NCBI GenBank assembly: GCA_016214655.1 | Contig: JACROC010000007.1 | Span: 80,785-128,646, forward strand | Direction of reading: 5' to 3' | Length of the DNA stretch: 47,862 bases | Source: Candidatus Harrisonbacteria bacterium | GTDB taxonomy: Bacteria > Patescibacteriota > Minisyncoccia > UBA6257 > 02-FULL-45-10c | Shown here: positions 18,169-27,268 of the stretch, piece after piece | Numbering within the stretch: position 1 is the first letter of the stretch | Layout of the letters: the number at the start of each line of letters is the position of its first letter | Translations under genes and position numbers: made by a program | Notes under the pieces: generated by a model | The model's database searches: none | What the model was told of the DNA's origin: nothing | The model's input: the letters and a program-made list of their open reading frames with translations, nothing else

Positions 18169-19386
18169 CTATTCCTGTCCGCCGGCAATTTGTTTTTGCG
18201 GTATCAGGCGGTCATCAGTCGGCAGGGTAAAATGAAAAGTAGTGCCACGGCTTAAAACCGAATCAACCCAAATCTGCCCGCCATGGCGGGTAATAACATT
18301 TTTAACGATATAAAGCCCCAATCCGGAACCAGCAGTTTCTTTAGTAACCGCGTTATCCGCCCTAAAGAATTTAGTGAAAAGCTTATCCAAAGCATCCTCG
18401 GGAATACCCAATCCGGTATCTGCAATATTCACCTGAATAAAAGGCGCATCGGTTCTCCGCTCTAAACTGATTACCACCTGACCGTTTTCCACATTATATT
18501 TAATGCCATTCTCCAGAAGATTAACAACCGCCAGTCCGAGCTTTTCTGGATCAAATTCAATTAATATTGAAGGTTCTTTGGGTGGTTCCATAAAAAGATT
18601 TACTTTATATTCTTTCGCGGCTGGCAATGCCTGGTCCAAAGTAGATTGTAAAAACTTAATCAAATCGTTTTGCTGGAAATTATAGCCGTGTCTGCCCTCC
18701 TCCACTTTAGCGATATTCAGCAAATCCTCAACAATTTTTACTAGATTAGAAGCCGCCGCCAAACCAGTCTGGGATAATTCTTTCTGGCTATCAGTTAAAG
18801 GTTCGCCCAAAAGAGACTGAAAAACCCAATTAATCGCGGAAAGAGGGGTTCTTAATTGATGCGCCGCAATAGTAATAAATTCACTTTTAGATCTCACCAA
18901 ATCTACCGATCGAGTTCTATCATGAATGACTTTTAAAAAACCAGTCATCTCCCCTTTCTCGTCCAAAATATGATGCGTAGTCACCCGCACCTCCAAATGC
19001 GGATCATCAAAAGAAATATCCACCACGTTAGGCTCAACTCCCGGCGCAGATTGCCGGACTACTACCGGAGCCAATGACGGGAAAAAAACCTTAGCCACGG
19101 TGCCTAAACGAAGATCCCGGACGCTCTCCGGTGATAATTTTTGCCCCACCGCCTCTGCGGGAGTTAAGTTAAAAATTCTTTCGGCTGTGCCGCTAAAAAG
19201 CAGAATTTTAAAATCCTGATCGTAAATAATCACCGCATCCGACATGCTGGAAATAATATTGTCTAGCCTAGACTTTTCCAGCCTAACCCCCCTCAACACC
19301 CTGGCTTGCTGATTAATTTTAAAAAAAAGGAAACTGGCAAGCCCCGCAGCTGCCAAAAATAAAATTATTAAAATTATATTCAACAT
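18169..19386 (-). CDS. Sensor histidine kinase (TM + PAS-like + HisKA + HATPase_c)
   Basis: 405 aa. N-terminal TM helix, H-box ITIAAHQLRTPLSAI, N-box LLENGIKYN, G-boxes DTGLGI and GSGLGL. No response regulator is adjacent. Confidence 0.85.
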   Translation of the reverse strand: MLNIILIILFLAAAGLASFLFFKINQQARVLRGVRLEKSRLDNIISSMSDAVIIYDQDFKILLFSGTAERIFNLTPAEAVGQKLSPESVRDLRLGTVAKVFFPSLAPVVVRQSAPGVEPNVVDISFDDPHLEVRVTTHHILDEKGEMTGFLKVIHDRTRSVDLVRSKSEFITIAAHQLRTPLSAINWVFQSLLGEPLTDSQKELSQTGLAAASNLVKIVEDLLNIAKVEEGRHGYNFQQNDLIKFLQSTLDQALPAAKEYKVNLFMEPPKEPSILIEFDPEKLGLAVVNLLENGIKYNVENGQVVISLERRTDAPFIQVNIADTGLGIPEDALDKLFTKFFRADNAVTKETAGSGLGLYIVKNVITRHGGQIWVDSVLSRGTTFHFTLPTDDRLIPQKQIAGGQE

Positions 19387-19387
19387 A

Positions 19388-20842
19388 TTATTCCAATTCC
19401 CCCCAGTTTTTGCCGACTTTAACTATTATTTTAATAGGAACCTCCAGCTCATAAGCACTCTCCATAATCTTACGAATTAAACTAGTTGCCTCCTTCATTA
19501 TATCCTCGCTTATTTCGAACAACAATTCATCGTGAATGGTTAAAAGCATTCTGACTTTATCTTGCCATTTTCGCCTTTTTAATTCTTCAGCAACCCTAAC
19601 CATCGCTATTTTTATGATGTCCGCTGCCAAACCCTGCACCGGCATATTGATTGCCGCCCTTTCTGCTTCAGCCGCCTCACCGCGGAACATTGAAGTGGCC
19701 GACAAAAGCCAGCGCCGGCGTCTGTTAAGATTTGTTACATAACCCATAGTGCGCGCTTGCGATTTTACCTCCTCTTGCCACTCTTTAATTTTTTTAAAAT
19801 CATTAAAATATTCTTCAATAAATTTTTTAGCCTCAGAAAAACTTAGTCCGCTGGTTTTTGCAAAAGCATTTGCCCCCATTCCATAAACTACGCCGAAGTT
19901 TAAAGTTTTGGCCAAGCGACGCATCTCTGGTGTCACTTTTTCCAGTGAAACATTAAAAACACTTGCGGCCGTTAGTTTATGAATATCCTGATCGTTATTA
20001 AATGCCTTCATCATCTCTGGGTCGCCGGAAAGCGAAGCCAAAATCCTAAGTTCCATCTGCGAATAATCAAACGCAACTATCTGATATCCTTTTTCCGCAA
20101 CAAAAGCTTTTCTCAGTTCTTTTGCCCATTCACCCTCAGCCGGAATATTCTGCAAATTCGGATTTTGTGAACTCAAACGGCCAGTAGCAGTTCCAGTTTG
20201 GATATAAGTAGTGTGCACCCTGTTATTTTTGTCGGCCAGTTCTTGAAGCGGCCGGACATAGGTTGACTGCAGTTTAAACAATTCCCGATATTCCAGAATA
20301 TATTTAACGATCGGGTGGCGATCCCGGATAGTAAGCAAAGTTTCTACGTCTGTAGAAATAGCGCCTCCGCGGGTTTTTTTGACTCCCCTGATATCAATAT
20401 TTAATTTTTCAAAAAAAATTTTACCGAGCTGCTTTGGCGAATTAATGTTAAAAACTTCTCCGGCTTCCTTATAAATACTTTTGGCTAGACCCGATAGATT
20501 TTTCTCCAATTTCTTATCTAAATCTTTTAATTTCTTAACATTCAACTTTATGCCCAATATTTCCATATCTGCCAGCACTGCCAGCAGTGGTATTTCCACT
20601 TCATAAAAAAGCTTCTCCAATTTATATTCCTTCAATTTTTTAACGGCATAATTATACAATTCTTTATTAGTAGCGCCATCTTGGTGCAAATATCGGTTAC
20701 TTAAAAATTCCAGAGAATATTTTTCTTCGTCCGGATTAAGCATCCAAAAAGCGACGCCAAGATCAAAATATTCTGCAGGCAATTTCTTGCCGACCCTCCT
20801 CGGTTCTTTAAATTTTTCTTTGAGATTAAAGTCAATAAGCAT
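19388..20842 (-). CDS. polA: DNA polymerase I, polymerase domain only (no 5'-3' exonuclease, at most a vestigial 3'-5' exonuclease domain)
   Basis: 484 aa. Family-A motifs DYSQMELRILA (A), RRLAKTLNFGVVYG (B) and TIHDELLFE (C). Confidence 0.9.
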   Translation of the reverse strand: MLIDFNLKEKFKEPRRVGKKLPAEYFDLGVAFWMLNPDEEKYSLEFLSNRYLHQDGATNKELYNYAVKKLKEYKLEKLFYEVEIPLLAVLADMEILGIKLNVKKLKDLDKKLEKNLSGLAKSIYKEAGEVFNINSPKQLGKIFFEKLNIDIRGVKKTRGGAISTDVETLLTIRDRHPIVKYILEYRELFKLQSTYVRPLQELADKNNRVHTTYIQTGTATGRLSSQNPNLQNIPAEGEWAKELRKAFVAEKGYQIVAFDYSQMELRILASLSGDPEMMKAFNNDQDIHKLTAASVFNVSLEKVTPEMRRLAKTLNFGVVYGMGANAFAKTSGLSFSEAKKFIEEYFNDFKKIKEWQEEVKSQARTMGYVTNLNRRRRWLLSATSMFRGEAAEAERAAINMPVQGLAADIIKIAMVRVAEELKRRKWQDKVRMLLTIHDELLFEISEDIMKEATSLIRKIMESAYELEVPIKIIVKVGKNWGELE

Positions 20843-20936
20843 TTTCTAGTATTTATTTCAATTCTACCACGATATCCTTGTAAAAAGGTGGCAATATTCT
20901 TATACTCTTAATAGCCAAATTTGATAATCTATAATC

Positions 20937-21677
20937 ATGGGACCAACCCTACTCGATCTGCTTTTCCAGAATAGATCTAAATTCAGCGACGTCATGCCAA
21001 AAGCACTTTTGAGAAAACCGCATCGTGAAGTAGGTCTGGCGGAGGAGTTTTTTAAATTTAAAAAACGGCATCCTCGACTGAAACTTACTACCAAAGACGC
21101 TGCTGATCCTGGAAAATACGTTAATCTAGTTGACCGAATTCACCAAGATTTAGGCGTAGCTTGGACTTATGGCGGCTGGCTGGAAAATCGCGAACAACTA
21201 TTCGCCGACACCTACCTCCAAGAAACCGGTGCCTGGATACATTTAGGAATCGATATCAATGTTCCAGTTGGAACGCCAATACTAGCAGCGCTCAAAGGAA
21301 CTGTTTATCTAGTAAACACTGACTATCCGGAACCGGGCGGTTGGGGAAACTTTGTTATTGTTAAACATGAAATCAAAAAAGTGGTTTTTTACAGCATTTA
21401 TGGACACCTGGCTTCTTCGGGGTTAGTAAGTAGCGGAGTCAATGTAATAAATGGTCGAGTCCTAGGCAAAGTTGGGACGTATAATGAAAACGGCTTTTGG
21501 CGACCACATACACATTTCCAATTCATCTCCGAAGCCGAGATGAAAAAGCGAGAGAATCCCTTCACGCTTGACGGTTATGGCAAACCAGAAGATCTGCCTT
21601 ACCTAAGACAACATTATCCCGATCCGCTAGTATGTCTGCCAATGACAGATCTTCCAAAAAAGAAAGCGGCTCATTGA
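20937..21677 (+). CDS. M23-family (LytM-type) metallopeptidase
   Basis: 246 aa. GIDINVPVGTPILAALKGTVYLV, YGHL and PHTHFQF motifs. The true start may be the internal Met at residue 20. Confidence 0.7.
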   Translation: MGPTLLDLLFQNRSKFSDVMPKALLRKPHREVGLAEEFFKFKKRHPRLKLTTKDAADPGKYVNLVDRIHQDLGVAWTYGGWLENREQLFADTYLQETGAWIHLGIDINVPVGTPILAALKGTVYLVNTDYPEPGGWGNFVIVKHEIKKVVFYSIYGHLASSGLVSSGVNVINGRVLGKVGTYNENGFWRPHTHFQFISEAEMKKRENPFTLDGYGKPEDLPYLRQHYPDPLVCLPMTDLPKKKAAH

Positions 21678-21685
21678 GCCGCTTT
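21663..21685. terminator. Bidirectional hairpin terminator between the convergent M23 and 5'-3' exonuclease genes
   Basis: AAAGCGGCTC-ATT-GAGCCGCTTT, with T-runs on both strands. The M23 stop codon lies in the loop. Confidence 0.65.
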
Positions 21686-22576
21686 TTATAATCTTTCCAC
21701 TAAACTCTTGAAACCAAGTTCTTCAAAATATTTTTTAAGCGCTTCTCTGTCTAACGTCTCTTGTTTTAAGTCATCTAAAGTTATTTCTAAAGGCGCATCT
21801 CGTTTTATCATCGCAAGTTTTTTAGATAAAAATGCGCTCTCGCGTCCGGCTTCCAATTTTTTCCGCAGAACCTCTTTTGGAATCAAACCGACTTCTTCGT
21901 ATATTTTTTCTATTGATCCATATTCTTTAATCAAATCTGTAGCGCCTTTCGGGCCAATGCCAGTTACGCCAGGAATATTATCCGAGGCATCACCAATTAA
22001 TGCCTTATAATCTACCAGCTGCTCCGGCGTAAAACCATACTCCTGTAAAAATAGCGCCTTATCATATGTAATAGTTTTACTGACTCCGGTTTTTAAAAGC
22101 TCTACAAAAACTTTACCCCCATCAATCAATTGAAGATTATCTTTATCTCCGGAAAAAATGATAATTTTGAGCTCAAAATTATCACCCTGAGTGTGTCGAA
22201 GGGTTTCCGAATTCTTAAATTTCTCGGCCAAAGTGCCCACTATGTCATCCGCCTCTAATCCCACTTTCTCAACTACCTTAATTCCAAATTTTTCAAAAGT
22301 TTCATGCGCTTTAATGAGTTGTGAAACTAATTCGTTAGCGGTCGGAGGACGATGCGCTTTATAGTCTTTGTACATATCATCTCGAAATGTAGGTTCCGGC
22401 CGGTCAAATGCCGCTGCCACATAATCCGGGTTATGCTCGCGCAATAATTTCATTAAAATAGAAGAGAGTCCGTAAACCGCATTTATCGGTTCTCCTTTCG
22501 GCGTTGTCAGCGGCGGCAACGCATGAAACGAACGATGGATTAAAGAATTGGCGTCTATAAGAAGGAGTTTTTTCAT
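21686..22576 (-). CDS. Stand-alone 5'-3' exonuclease / flap endonuclease (Pol I N-terminal domain homologue)
   Basis: 296 aa. KKLLLIDANSLIHRSFHA, GLEADDIVGT, and the H3TH segment LIGDASDNIPGVTGIGPKGA. Confidence 0.9.
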   Translation of the reverse strand: MKKLLLIDANSLIHRSFHALPPLTTPKGEPINAVYGLSSILMKLLREHNPDYVAAAFDRPEPTFRDDMYKDYKAHRPPTANELVSQLIKAHETFEKFGIKVVEKVGLEADDIVGTLAEKFKNSETLRHTQGDNFELKIIIFSGDKDNLQLIDGGKVFVELLKTGVSKTITYDKALFLQEYGFTPEQLVDYKALIGDASDNIPGVTGIGPKGATDLIKEYGSIEKIYEEVGLIPKEVLRKKLEAGRESAFLSKKLAMIKRDAPLEITLDDLKQETLDREALKKYFEELGFKSLVERL

Positions 22577-22577
22577 A

Positions 22578-22765
22578 TTATTTTACTTCCAATATACCTA
22601 AATCGCGACAAATTTTTCTTACAATAAAATTATTAATCTCGCTGTGTCGTGGAACCGTTGATGTTCGCCGAGTTTTGGGATTAAAAAAACGCTATGCTTA
22701 GCGCCTTCTCGCAAAAGAAGGCATCTTTCTTTTTTGAGATGCCTTAACAGATCGCTTCTTTTCAT
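22578..22765 (-). pseudogene. hicA: hicA toxin gene disrupted by a frameshift at a T7 homopolymer
   Basis: From ATG 22765 the frame gives MKRSDLLRHLKKERCLLLREGAKHSVF, then runs out of family. With one extra T in the T7 run (plus-strand A7 at 22683-22689) it continues FNPKTRRTSTVPRHSEINNFIVRKICRDLGILEVK*, a textbook HicA C-terminus. The start forms an ATGA overlap with the hicB stop. Confidence 0.65.
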
Positions 22766-23007
22766 TTTACCGAAACTGCAATAAGTTCACGAGTGACTCG
22801 TTTATTTTCTTTTAACGTTAAAAGCCGATTAGTTTCAAGAACCAATTTAAGCGCCTCTCGAAGATTTTCTTTAGCCTCTTTGGGTGTCTCTCCTTGTGTA
22901 TTCACCCCTGGTATTTCTTCCACCCAGGCCGAATACCATTTACCTGTTTTCTTATAAACCGCAGTAAACTGTTTTTTCATATTTTCAATATACCTCTTTT
23001 TAATCAA
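22762..23007 (-). CDS. hicB: HicB-family antitoxin (UPF0150-type)
   Basis: 81 aa. The segment YSAWVEEIPGVNTQGETPKEAKENLREALKLVLE is typical of the HicB N-terminal domain. The true start may be Met10. Confidence 0.7.
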   Translation of the reverse strand: MIKKRYIENMKKQFTAVYKKTGKWYSAWVEEIPGVNTQGETPKEAKENLREALKLVLETNRLLTLKENKRVTRELIAVSVK

Positions 23008-24089
23008 GCCCGCAACGCATTATAGACTCTAATATATAAACAGGCGCTCCAAAGCTGATCATGCGAACCGCCGCCCTTACCGGTTACTGGGTCATAAAAT
23101 TCTCTAAATCCATCCAATAGATTCCATTTCTTGAATTGCTTTTTTGCCTTATCAATCTTGCCGCTGCTTAAAAGCGCTAAAATCATGAAGCCATTGATAA
23201 ACGGCCAAATAATCGAATGCTGCGGGGTCCGATTCATAATCTCTTCTTCCTCTTTATTTTTTGGCGGCAAAGTTACTCCATTCACCATATATCCAAATTT
23301 TGTGTTTACGCATTCAACCTCATTAAATATTGATTCGGTTTGTTTCTTATCGGCAACGCCATAAATAACAGCCAAAGCATTTCCAAGAGTATCAAAAGCA
23401 TTTTCATCCGAGCCCCCGCCTAAATAGTTACGATAATATTTTCCGTTCCAAAATCTCTGATTTATTGACTCTTTAAGCTTTTTAGACTTTTCAGATTCTC
23501 CTAACAGCTTATATGCCCAGTATAAAGAACAATTATTGGTAAGTAGGAACTTATGATCTAAATCCGGGCGAGTGTCCCGCCAATCACCTCCATAAACTAA
23601 TTCATTTTCCATTAAAACATTCTCTATGTAATCTAATGCTATTTTGATTTTTGGCCTTACTTCAGCTAAAAATTTTTTATCGTTGGTCTTATTTACATAA
23701 TTCATTAACCCTAATATATAAAGTATTTCCGAATCCCGAGTCCAAGAACTTAAATCTCCGATTCCGCCTTTACTGAAAAATTTAGCTAATAAGAAAGACT
23801 TTCTCCGTTGAATAATGCTTTTCCAAATTTTGGATAACAACCAGCGCGAAGTATTGTCTAAAAACATAATGGGAATTTGGCCATTTGCCCATTGCTTATC
23901 GCCTAAATTCTTTAAATGATTTTTCACAGTTTCTGGCCTATCAGAGTTTAATAAGACATCTTCGACTGCAATAACAAAATCCCGCGTCCAGCACTGGTCC
24001 TTATATCTCGGAATTCCTGCCCAAACTCCCTTTTTACCAATACAACTCTCTAAAATTTTATAAACTTCTCGTAATTTATTTTGATTCAT
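23004..24089 (-). CDS. (alpha/alpha)6-barrel glycoside hydrolase, glycogen-debranching/amylo-alpha-1,6-glucosidase-like
   Basis: 361 aa. CWTRDFVIA and WTRDSE motifs and a general GDE_C/invertase-like pattern. The exact family is not resolved. Confidence 0.5.
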   Translation of the reverse strand: MNQNKLREVYKILESCIGKKGVWAGIPRYKDQCWTRDFVIAVEDVLLNSDRPETVKNHLKNLGDKQWANGQIPIMFLDNTSRWLLSKIWKSIIQRRKSFLLAKFFSKGGIGDLSSWTRDSEILYILGLMNYVNKTNDKKFLAEVRPKIKIALDYIENVLMENELVYGGDWRDTRPDLDHKFLLTNNCSLYWAYKLLGESEKSKKLKESINQRFWNGKYYRNYLGGGSDENAFDTLGNALAVIYGVADKKQTESIFNEVECVNTKFGYMVNGVTLPPKNKEEEEIMNRTPQHSIIWPFINGFMILALLSSGKIDKAKKQFKKWNLLDGFREFYDPVTGKGGGSHDQLWSACLYIRVYNALRA

Positions 24090-24107
24090 AGATTAATAGT
24101 AAACTTA

Positions 24108-24135
24108 CTAGTCGCCAGTCGCTAGTCGCTAGTCA
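24108..24135. repeat. Heptamer array CTAGTCG-CCAGTCG-CTAGTCG-CTAGTCA
   Basis: Four consecutive 7-mers of the same unit as at 16408-16428. The tsaE stop is the CTA at 24122-24124. Confidence 0.9.
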
Positions 24136-24586
24136 CTGTGATAATGCGTTCTTTCTCGCTTTTACCATGCTCAAACTCTATCCAAATCGTATCTTTTGGT
24201 AAAATCTTTTTTACTCTCTCCGGCCATTCAATAAGCAAAATATTATGCGGATCGCTGATAATTTTTTTGAATCCTAAATCTAAAAGCTCCTTTGGTTTTT
24301 GAATTCTATACAAATCAAAATGGTACGCATGGTGAAAATGTATAAAACCCCTCTTAATCGGAGTGGAAATTTCATATTTCCGGACAATTAAAAAGGTGGG
24401 GCTTGTTACGCGATGTCTTACGCCCAATGCCCCCATAAACCCCTGTGTAAACGTAGTTTTACCAGTGCCAAGATCACCGCGGAGAGCAATCACCTTTGTC
24501 AATTTAAGGTCTTGCGATGACCTTAAAATTTTTTTGGCAAATCGTACCGCCAATTTTTGAGTTTGTAACTTAGATTTACTTAACAT
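24122..24586 (-). CDS. tsaE: tRNA threonylcarbamoyladenosine biosynthesis ATPase TsaE
   Basis: 154 aa. LRGDLGTGKTTFTQG P-loop and SPTFLIV motif. Confidence 0.85.
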   Translation of the reverse strand: MLSKSKLQTQKLAVRFAKKILRSSQDLKLTKVIALRGDLGTGKTTFTQGFMGALGVRHRVTSPTFLIVRKYEISTPIKRGFIHFHHAYHFDLYRIQKPKELLDLGFKKIISDPHNILLIEWPERVKKILPKDTIWIEFEHGKSEKERIITVTSD

Positions 24587-24672
24587 GTTATATAAAATGC
24601 ATTAGGACAATTTTATTATACCCGCGCTTTAACGCGTCAAAGTGTCACCAATTCAATTCTTCAAATGATTTC

Positions 24673-25182
24673 TCAAAACAATTTCGTATCTAACCTCTTT
24701 TCTAATTGTAAAACAATATACAAGCCAAGTCCCGCCAAAATCACTGCGATTAAAAAGTTTATAAAGAAAAAATTGTTAGTAATTAAAAATTGGTAATTAG
24801 TGATTGGCTCACTAATAGCTAAAGTATTATTTAAAACCATATTGTCATCTGTCGTTTGGTTACCAGTCATTTGTGATTTATTGATAATTTGTCCCTCACT
24901 CGCCTGCCCGGAATAACTTAACTCGTCAACTAATTTTCCCGTATCATCATATAAAAAAATTTGCTCGCCATTATTATTTAAAGAAATTTTAGTCTCTGAA
25001 TATGGCAAAGTTAATGCCAAACCACTCTCTAAATTACCGCTTAAATTAAAAATCTTTCCGGAAGCATCTTTCAATTTCCAGCCATCTAATAAAACGCTGG
25101 TATTTCCATCATTTAGAATCTTTATATACTCGCCTTCTTTGTCGCTGCCGACCGGATTAGGCAGAAATTCCTTAATCTGCAT
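24673..25182 (-). CDS. Lamin-tail-domain (LTD) protein with C-terminal TM anchor
   Basis: 169 aa. The N-terminus IKEFLPNPVGSDKEGEYIKILNDGNTSVLLDGWKLKD is the LTD signature. C-terminal helix FFFINFLIAVILAGLGLYIVL. Confidence 0.75.
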   Translation of the reverse strand: MQIKEFLPNPVGSDKEGEYIKILNDGNTSVLLDGWKLKDASGKIFNLSGNLESGLALTLPYSETKISLNNNGEQIFLYDDTGKLVDELSYSGQASEGQIINKSQMTGNQTTDDNMVLNNTLAISEPITNYQFLITNNFFFINFLIAVILAGLGLYIVLQLEKRLDTKLF

Positions 25183-25210
25183 GATTATAAAATAACCGCA
25201 ATTATTATTT

Positions 25211-25240
25211 TTTGCAAAAAAGAGACCCCTAGGGTCTCTT
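25211..25240 (-). terminator. Rho-independent terminator of the HD-domain gene
   Basis: AAGAGACCC-cta-GGGTCTCTT, followed by a T-run on the minus strand. The gene's stop codon sits in the loop. Confidence 0.65.
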
Positions 25241-25882
25241 AGATAATGATTTTTCGATTTTATCGCACTCTCCGAAAATCTGTATCTCCAAATATTCTGC
25301 GTGCCACAGCTCTTTCCGGTTTAGCTTCTTTTTCAACACAGCAATCACCTTGGAAAGCTTTTCTCTGGTTTCCAGAATCTGCCCCAATTGTTTCTCTCGC
25401 TTGCAGCCCTTAAGCGTCCGCAGATTATGAAGCCGATCGCAACATTTCACCAAAAGCACGTCCGGGTCAGAGCTTAAAAGATTAGAGAAATAGTCCTTAT
25501 CACCTTCCTTGGTCAAGGCCCGCACCCAGCGGACAACCTTTTTCCCAAAAAAATCTTCTACATCTTCCCAGGTAGCAATGAAAGAATCTTCCTGAAGATC
25601 ATGTAAAAGCGCGCTGGCAATCGTGTCGGAACGGAAAATTCCAAGTTCCTGGATGACAATCAAAGCGACGGCTTTAGGATGTTCAAAGTAGCGCCCCCCG
25701 CAATCCCGCGCCTGGCCCCGATGACCATACTTAGCTAAACGATATGCGCGCATCACCTTCTTAAAATCCGAAGGCGCTAGCCGATGCTTAATCAAAGCTT
25801 CAAATTGCTGGCGGCCAACCCGATATCTCTTAAGCTGCTCAGCTGAATCCTTGCAAACGGCAAGCTTCTGAACACTGGTCAT
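25229..25882 (-). CDS. HD-domain (p)ppGpp pyrophosphohydrolase-like protein (RelA/SpoT hydrolase domain only)
   Basis: 217 aa. YGHRGQARDCGGRYFEHPKAV and ALLHDLQED match the SpoT-type HD hydrolase. Strong GGGAGGTGAG SD upstream. Confidence 0.75.
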   Translation of the reverse strand: MTSVQKLAVCKDSAEQLKRYRVGRQQFEALIKHRLAPSDFKKVMRAYRLAKYGHRGQARDCGGRYFEHPKAVALIVIQELGIFRSDTIASALLHDLQEDSFIATWEDVEDFFGKKVVRWVRALTKEGDKDYFSNLLSSDPDVLLVKCCDRLHNLRTLKGCKREKQLGQILETREKLSKVIAVLKKKLNRKELWHAEYLEIQIFGECDKIEKSLSKRP

Positions 25883-25949
25883 CTCACCTCCCTTCTGTAA
25901 TTTTTAAGGTAATTATACAATACAATAAAATTGAGATTTCTGCAAATTC

Positions 25950-26966
25950 CTACAAAAGAATTCCTTCTTCCGGAATTTTATAACCAAGGTGCTTGTAGGC
26001 GGCGGAAGTAACTAGCCGTCCAGCCGGAGTACGGTTAAGCAAGCCGATACTCATCAAATAAGGCTCATAAACATCTTCAATTATTCCCCGGTCATCATTA
26101 AGAGCTGCAGCTAAAGTTTGAATACCAACCGGTCCGCCATGAAATTTTTCAATGATAGCAGTTAAAAGCTGTCGGTCAGTCGGCTCAAGTCCAAGATGAT
26201 CAATTTCCAACATTTCCAAAGTGGCCTTCGCCGCTTGTTCATCAATCTCCGGCAAATTATTAACTTCGGCATAATCGCGGACCCTTTTTAAAAGCCGGTT
26301 AGCGGCCCGCGGAGTAAACCGCGCTGCCCTGGCAACTAAGGCTATTGCTGGACCGGCAATTTTAACGTTTAAAAGCTTGGCAGAGCGGCGCACGATCGCC
26401 TCAATATCAGAAACATTGTAATAATCCAGCTTAAAAGATGCTCCAAAGCGCGATCTTAGCGGTCCGGATAATAAATTAGCCCTAGTAGTCGCGGCAATTA
26501 AAGTAAACGGCGGCAGATCCAAAGAAAGAGTGCGGGCTCCCGGACCCTTGCCGACAACTAAATGTAATTTTCTGCTTTCAAGCGCCGGGTACAAAACTTC
26601 TTCAATCTGGCGATTCAGCCGATGCGCCTCATCAATAAACAAAACTTCTCCTTTTTCCAGATTACTTAAAATCGCAGCGAGGTCTCCCATTTTTTCTAAA
26701 GTTGGCCCGGAGGTGATCTTCAATGATGCCCCCATCTCTTTTGCAACTAAATACGCCAAAGTGGTTTTGCCTAATCCGGCTTGTCCATAAAATAAAAGGT
26801 GGTCGCAAGGTTCGCCGCGCTTTTTAGAAGCATCTAAAATAATGCGCAAATTTTTCTTTACCTTTTCTTGCCCGACATAATCGGGCCAAACAGTCGGCCT
26901 AAGTGCCAAATCAATGTGTCCGTCTTCCTCGTTGCGTTTTATAGAAGTTATTTTTTTGATTTCCAT
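25950..26966 (-). CDS. ruvB: Holliday junction DNA helicase RuvB
   Basis: 338 aa. LRPTVWPDYVGQEKVK, Walker A GQAGLGKTT, Walker B LFIDEAHRL, and the IIEDVYEPYLMSIGLLNRTPAGR C-terminus. Confidence 0.95.
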   Translation of the reverse strand: MEIKKITSIKRNEEDGHIDLALRPTVWPDYVGQEKVKKNLRIILDASKKRGEPCDHLLFYGQAGLGKTTLAYLVAKEMGASLKITSGPTLEKMGDLAAILSNLEKGEVLFIDEAHRLNRQIEEVLYPALESRKLHLVVGKGPGARTLSLDLPPFTLIAATTRANLLSGPLRSRFGASFKLDYYNVSDIEAIVRRSAKLLNVKIAGPAIALVARAARFTPRAANRLLKRVRDYAEVNNLPEIDEQAAKATLEMLEIDHLGLEPTDRQLLTAIIEKFHGGPVGIQTLAAALNDDRGIIEDVYEPYLMSIGLLNRTPAGRLVTSAAYKHLGYKIPEEGILL

Positions 26967-27038
26967 TATGATATAATTTATATCTACACCGGCGTCTTAC
27001 CTATATTTAGCTCCATTTTTATACCAAGCGCAATAGGC

Positions 27039-27067
27039 TTGACAAACATATTTTTTTATGCTATATT
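27039..27067 (+). promoter_or_regulatory. Near-consensus sigma70-type promoter directed at the structured element downstream
   Basis: TTGACA (27039-27044), 17-nt spacer, TATATT (27062-27067), preceded by TGC (extended -10). No protein gene lies downstream on this strand. Confidence 0.5.
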
Positions 27068-27111
27068 ACTTATAACCCTAATTAGATCTTTTTTGTTCTA
27101 TTTGGGAAGAT

Positions 27112-27268
27112 AAAAAACTTTGTTCTGTGGGCGGGAATTGTCTCTAGATGGATGACTTGGCTTAGGCGGGGTCACTCCTCAGAGTAATTCTATCCTTTTC
27201 TAAAATTTATTTTAGGAAAGTTCCACTTTTCCCTTGCTCGGGAGATTGCCCACAGAACAAAGTTTTTT
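27112..27268 (+). ncRNA. Candidate structured small RNA (alternative reading: MITE-like inverted-repeat element)
   Basis: 27112-27132 (AAAAAACTTTGTTCTGTGGGC) is perfectly complementary to 27248-27268 (21/21). An internal 11-bp hairpin lies at 27195-27220. T-runs follow. A consensus promoter lies about 45 nt upstream. Both flanking genes are on the minus strand. Confidence 0.4.

Noticed and set aside
26868-27113. 81-aa plus-strand ORF spanning the ruvB start and the intergenic promoter
   Set aside because: It overlaps the ruvB 5' end antisense and runs through a consensus promoter. Its hydrophobic low-complexity translation is typical of AT-rich non-coding sequence.
27112-27268. RNase P RNA, suggested by CTAGATGGATGACT, AGGAAAGTTCC and ACAGAAC, which resemble conserved RNase P RNA segments
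   Set aside because: The motifs occur in the wrong 5'-to-3' order for RNase P RNA. The element is less than half the usual size, and the ACAGAAC segment is simply part of the perfect inverted repeat. I kept it as an unclassified structured element. A covariance-model scan should still be run.
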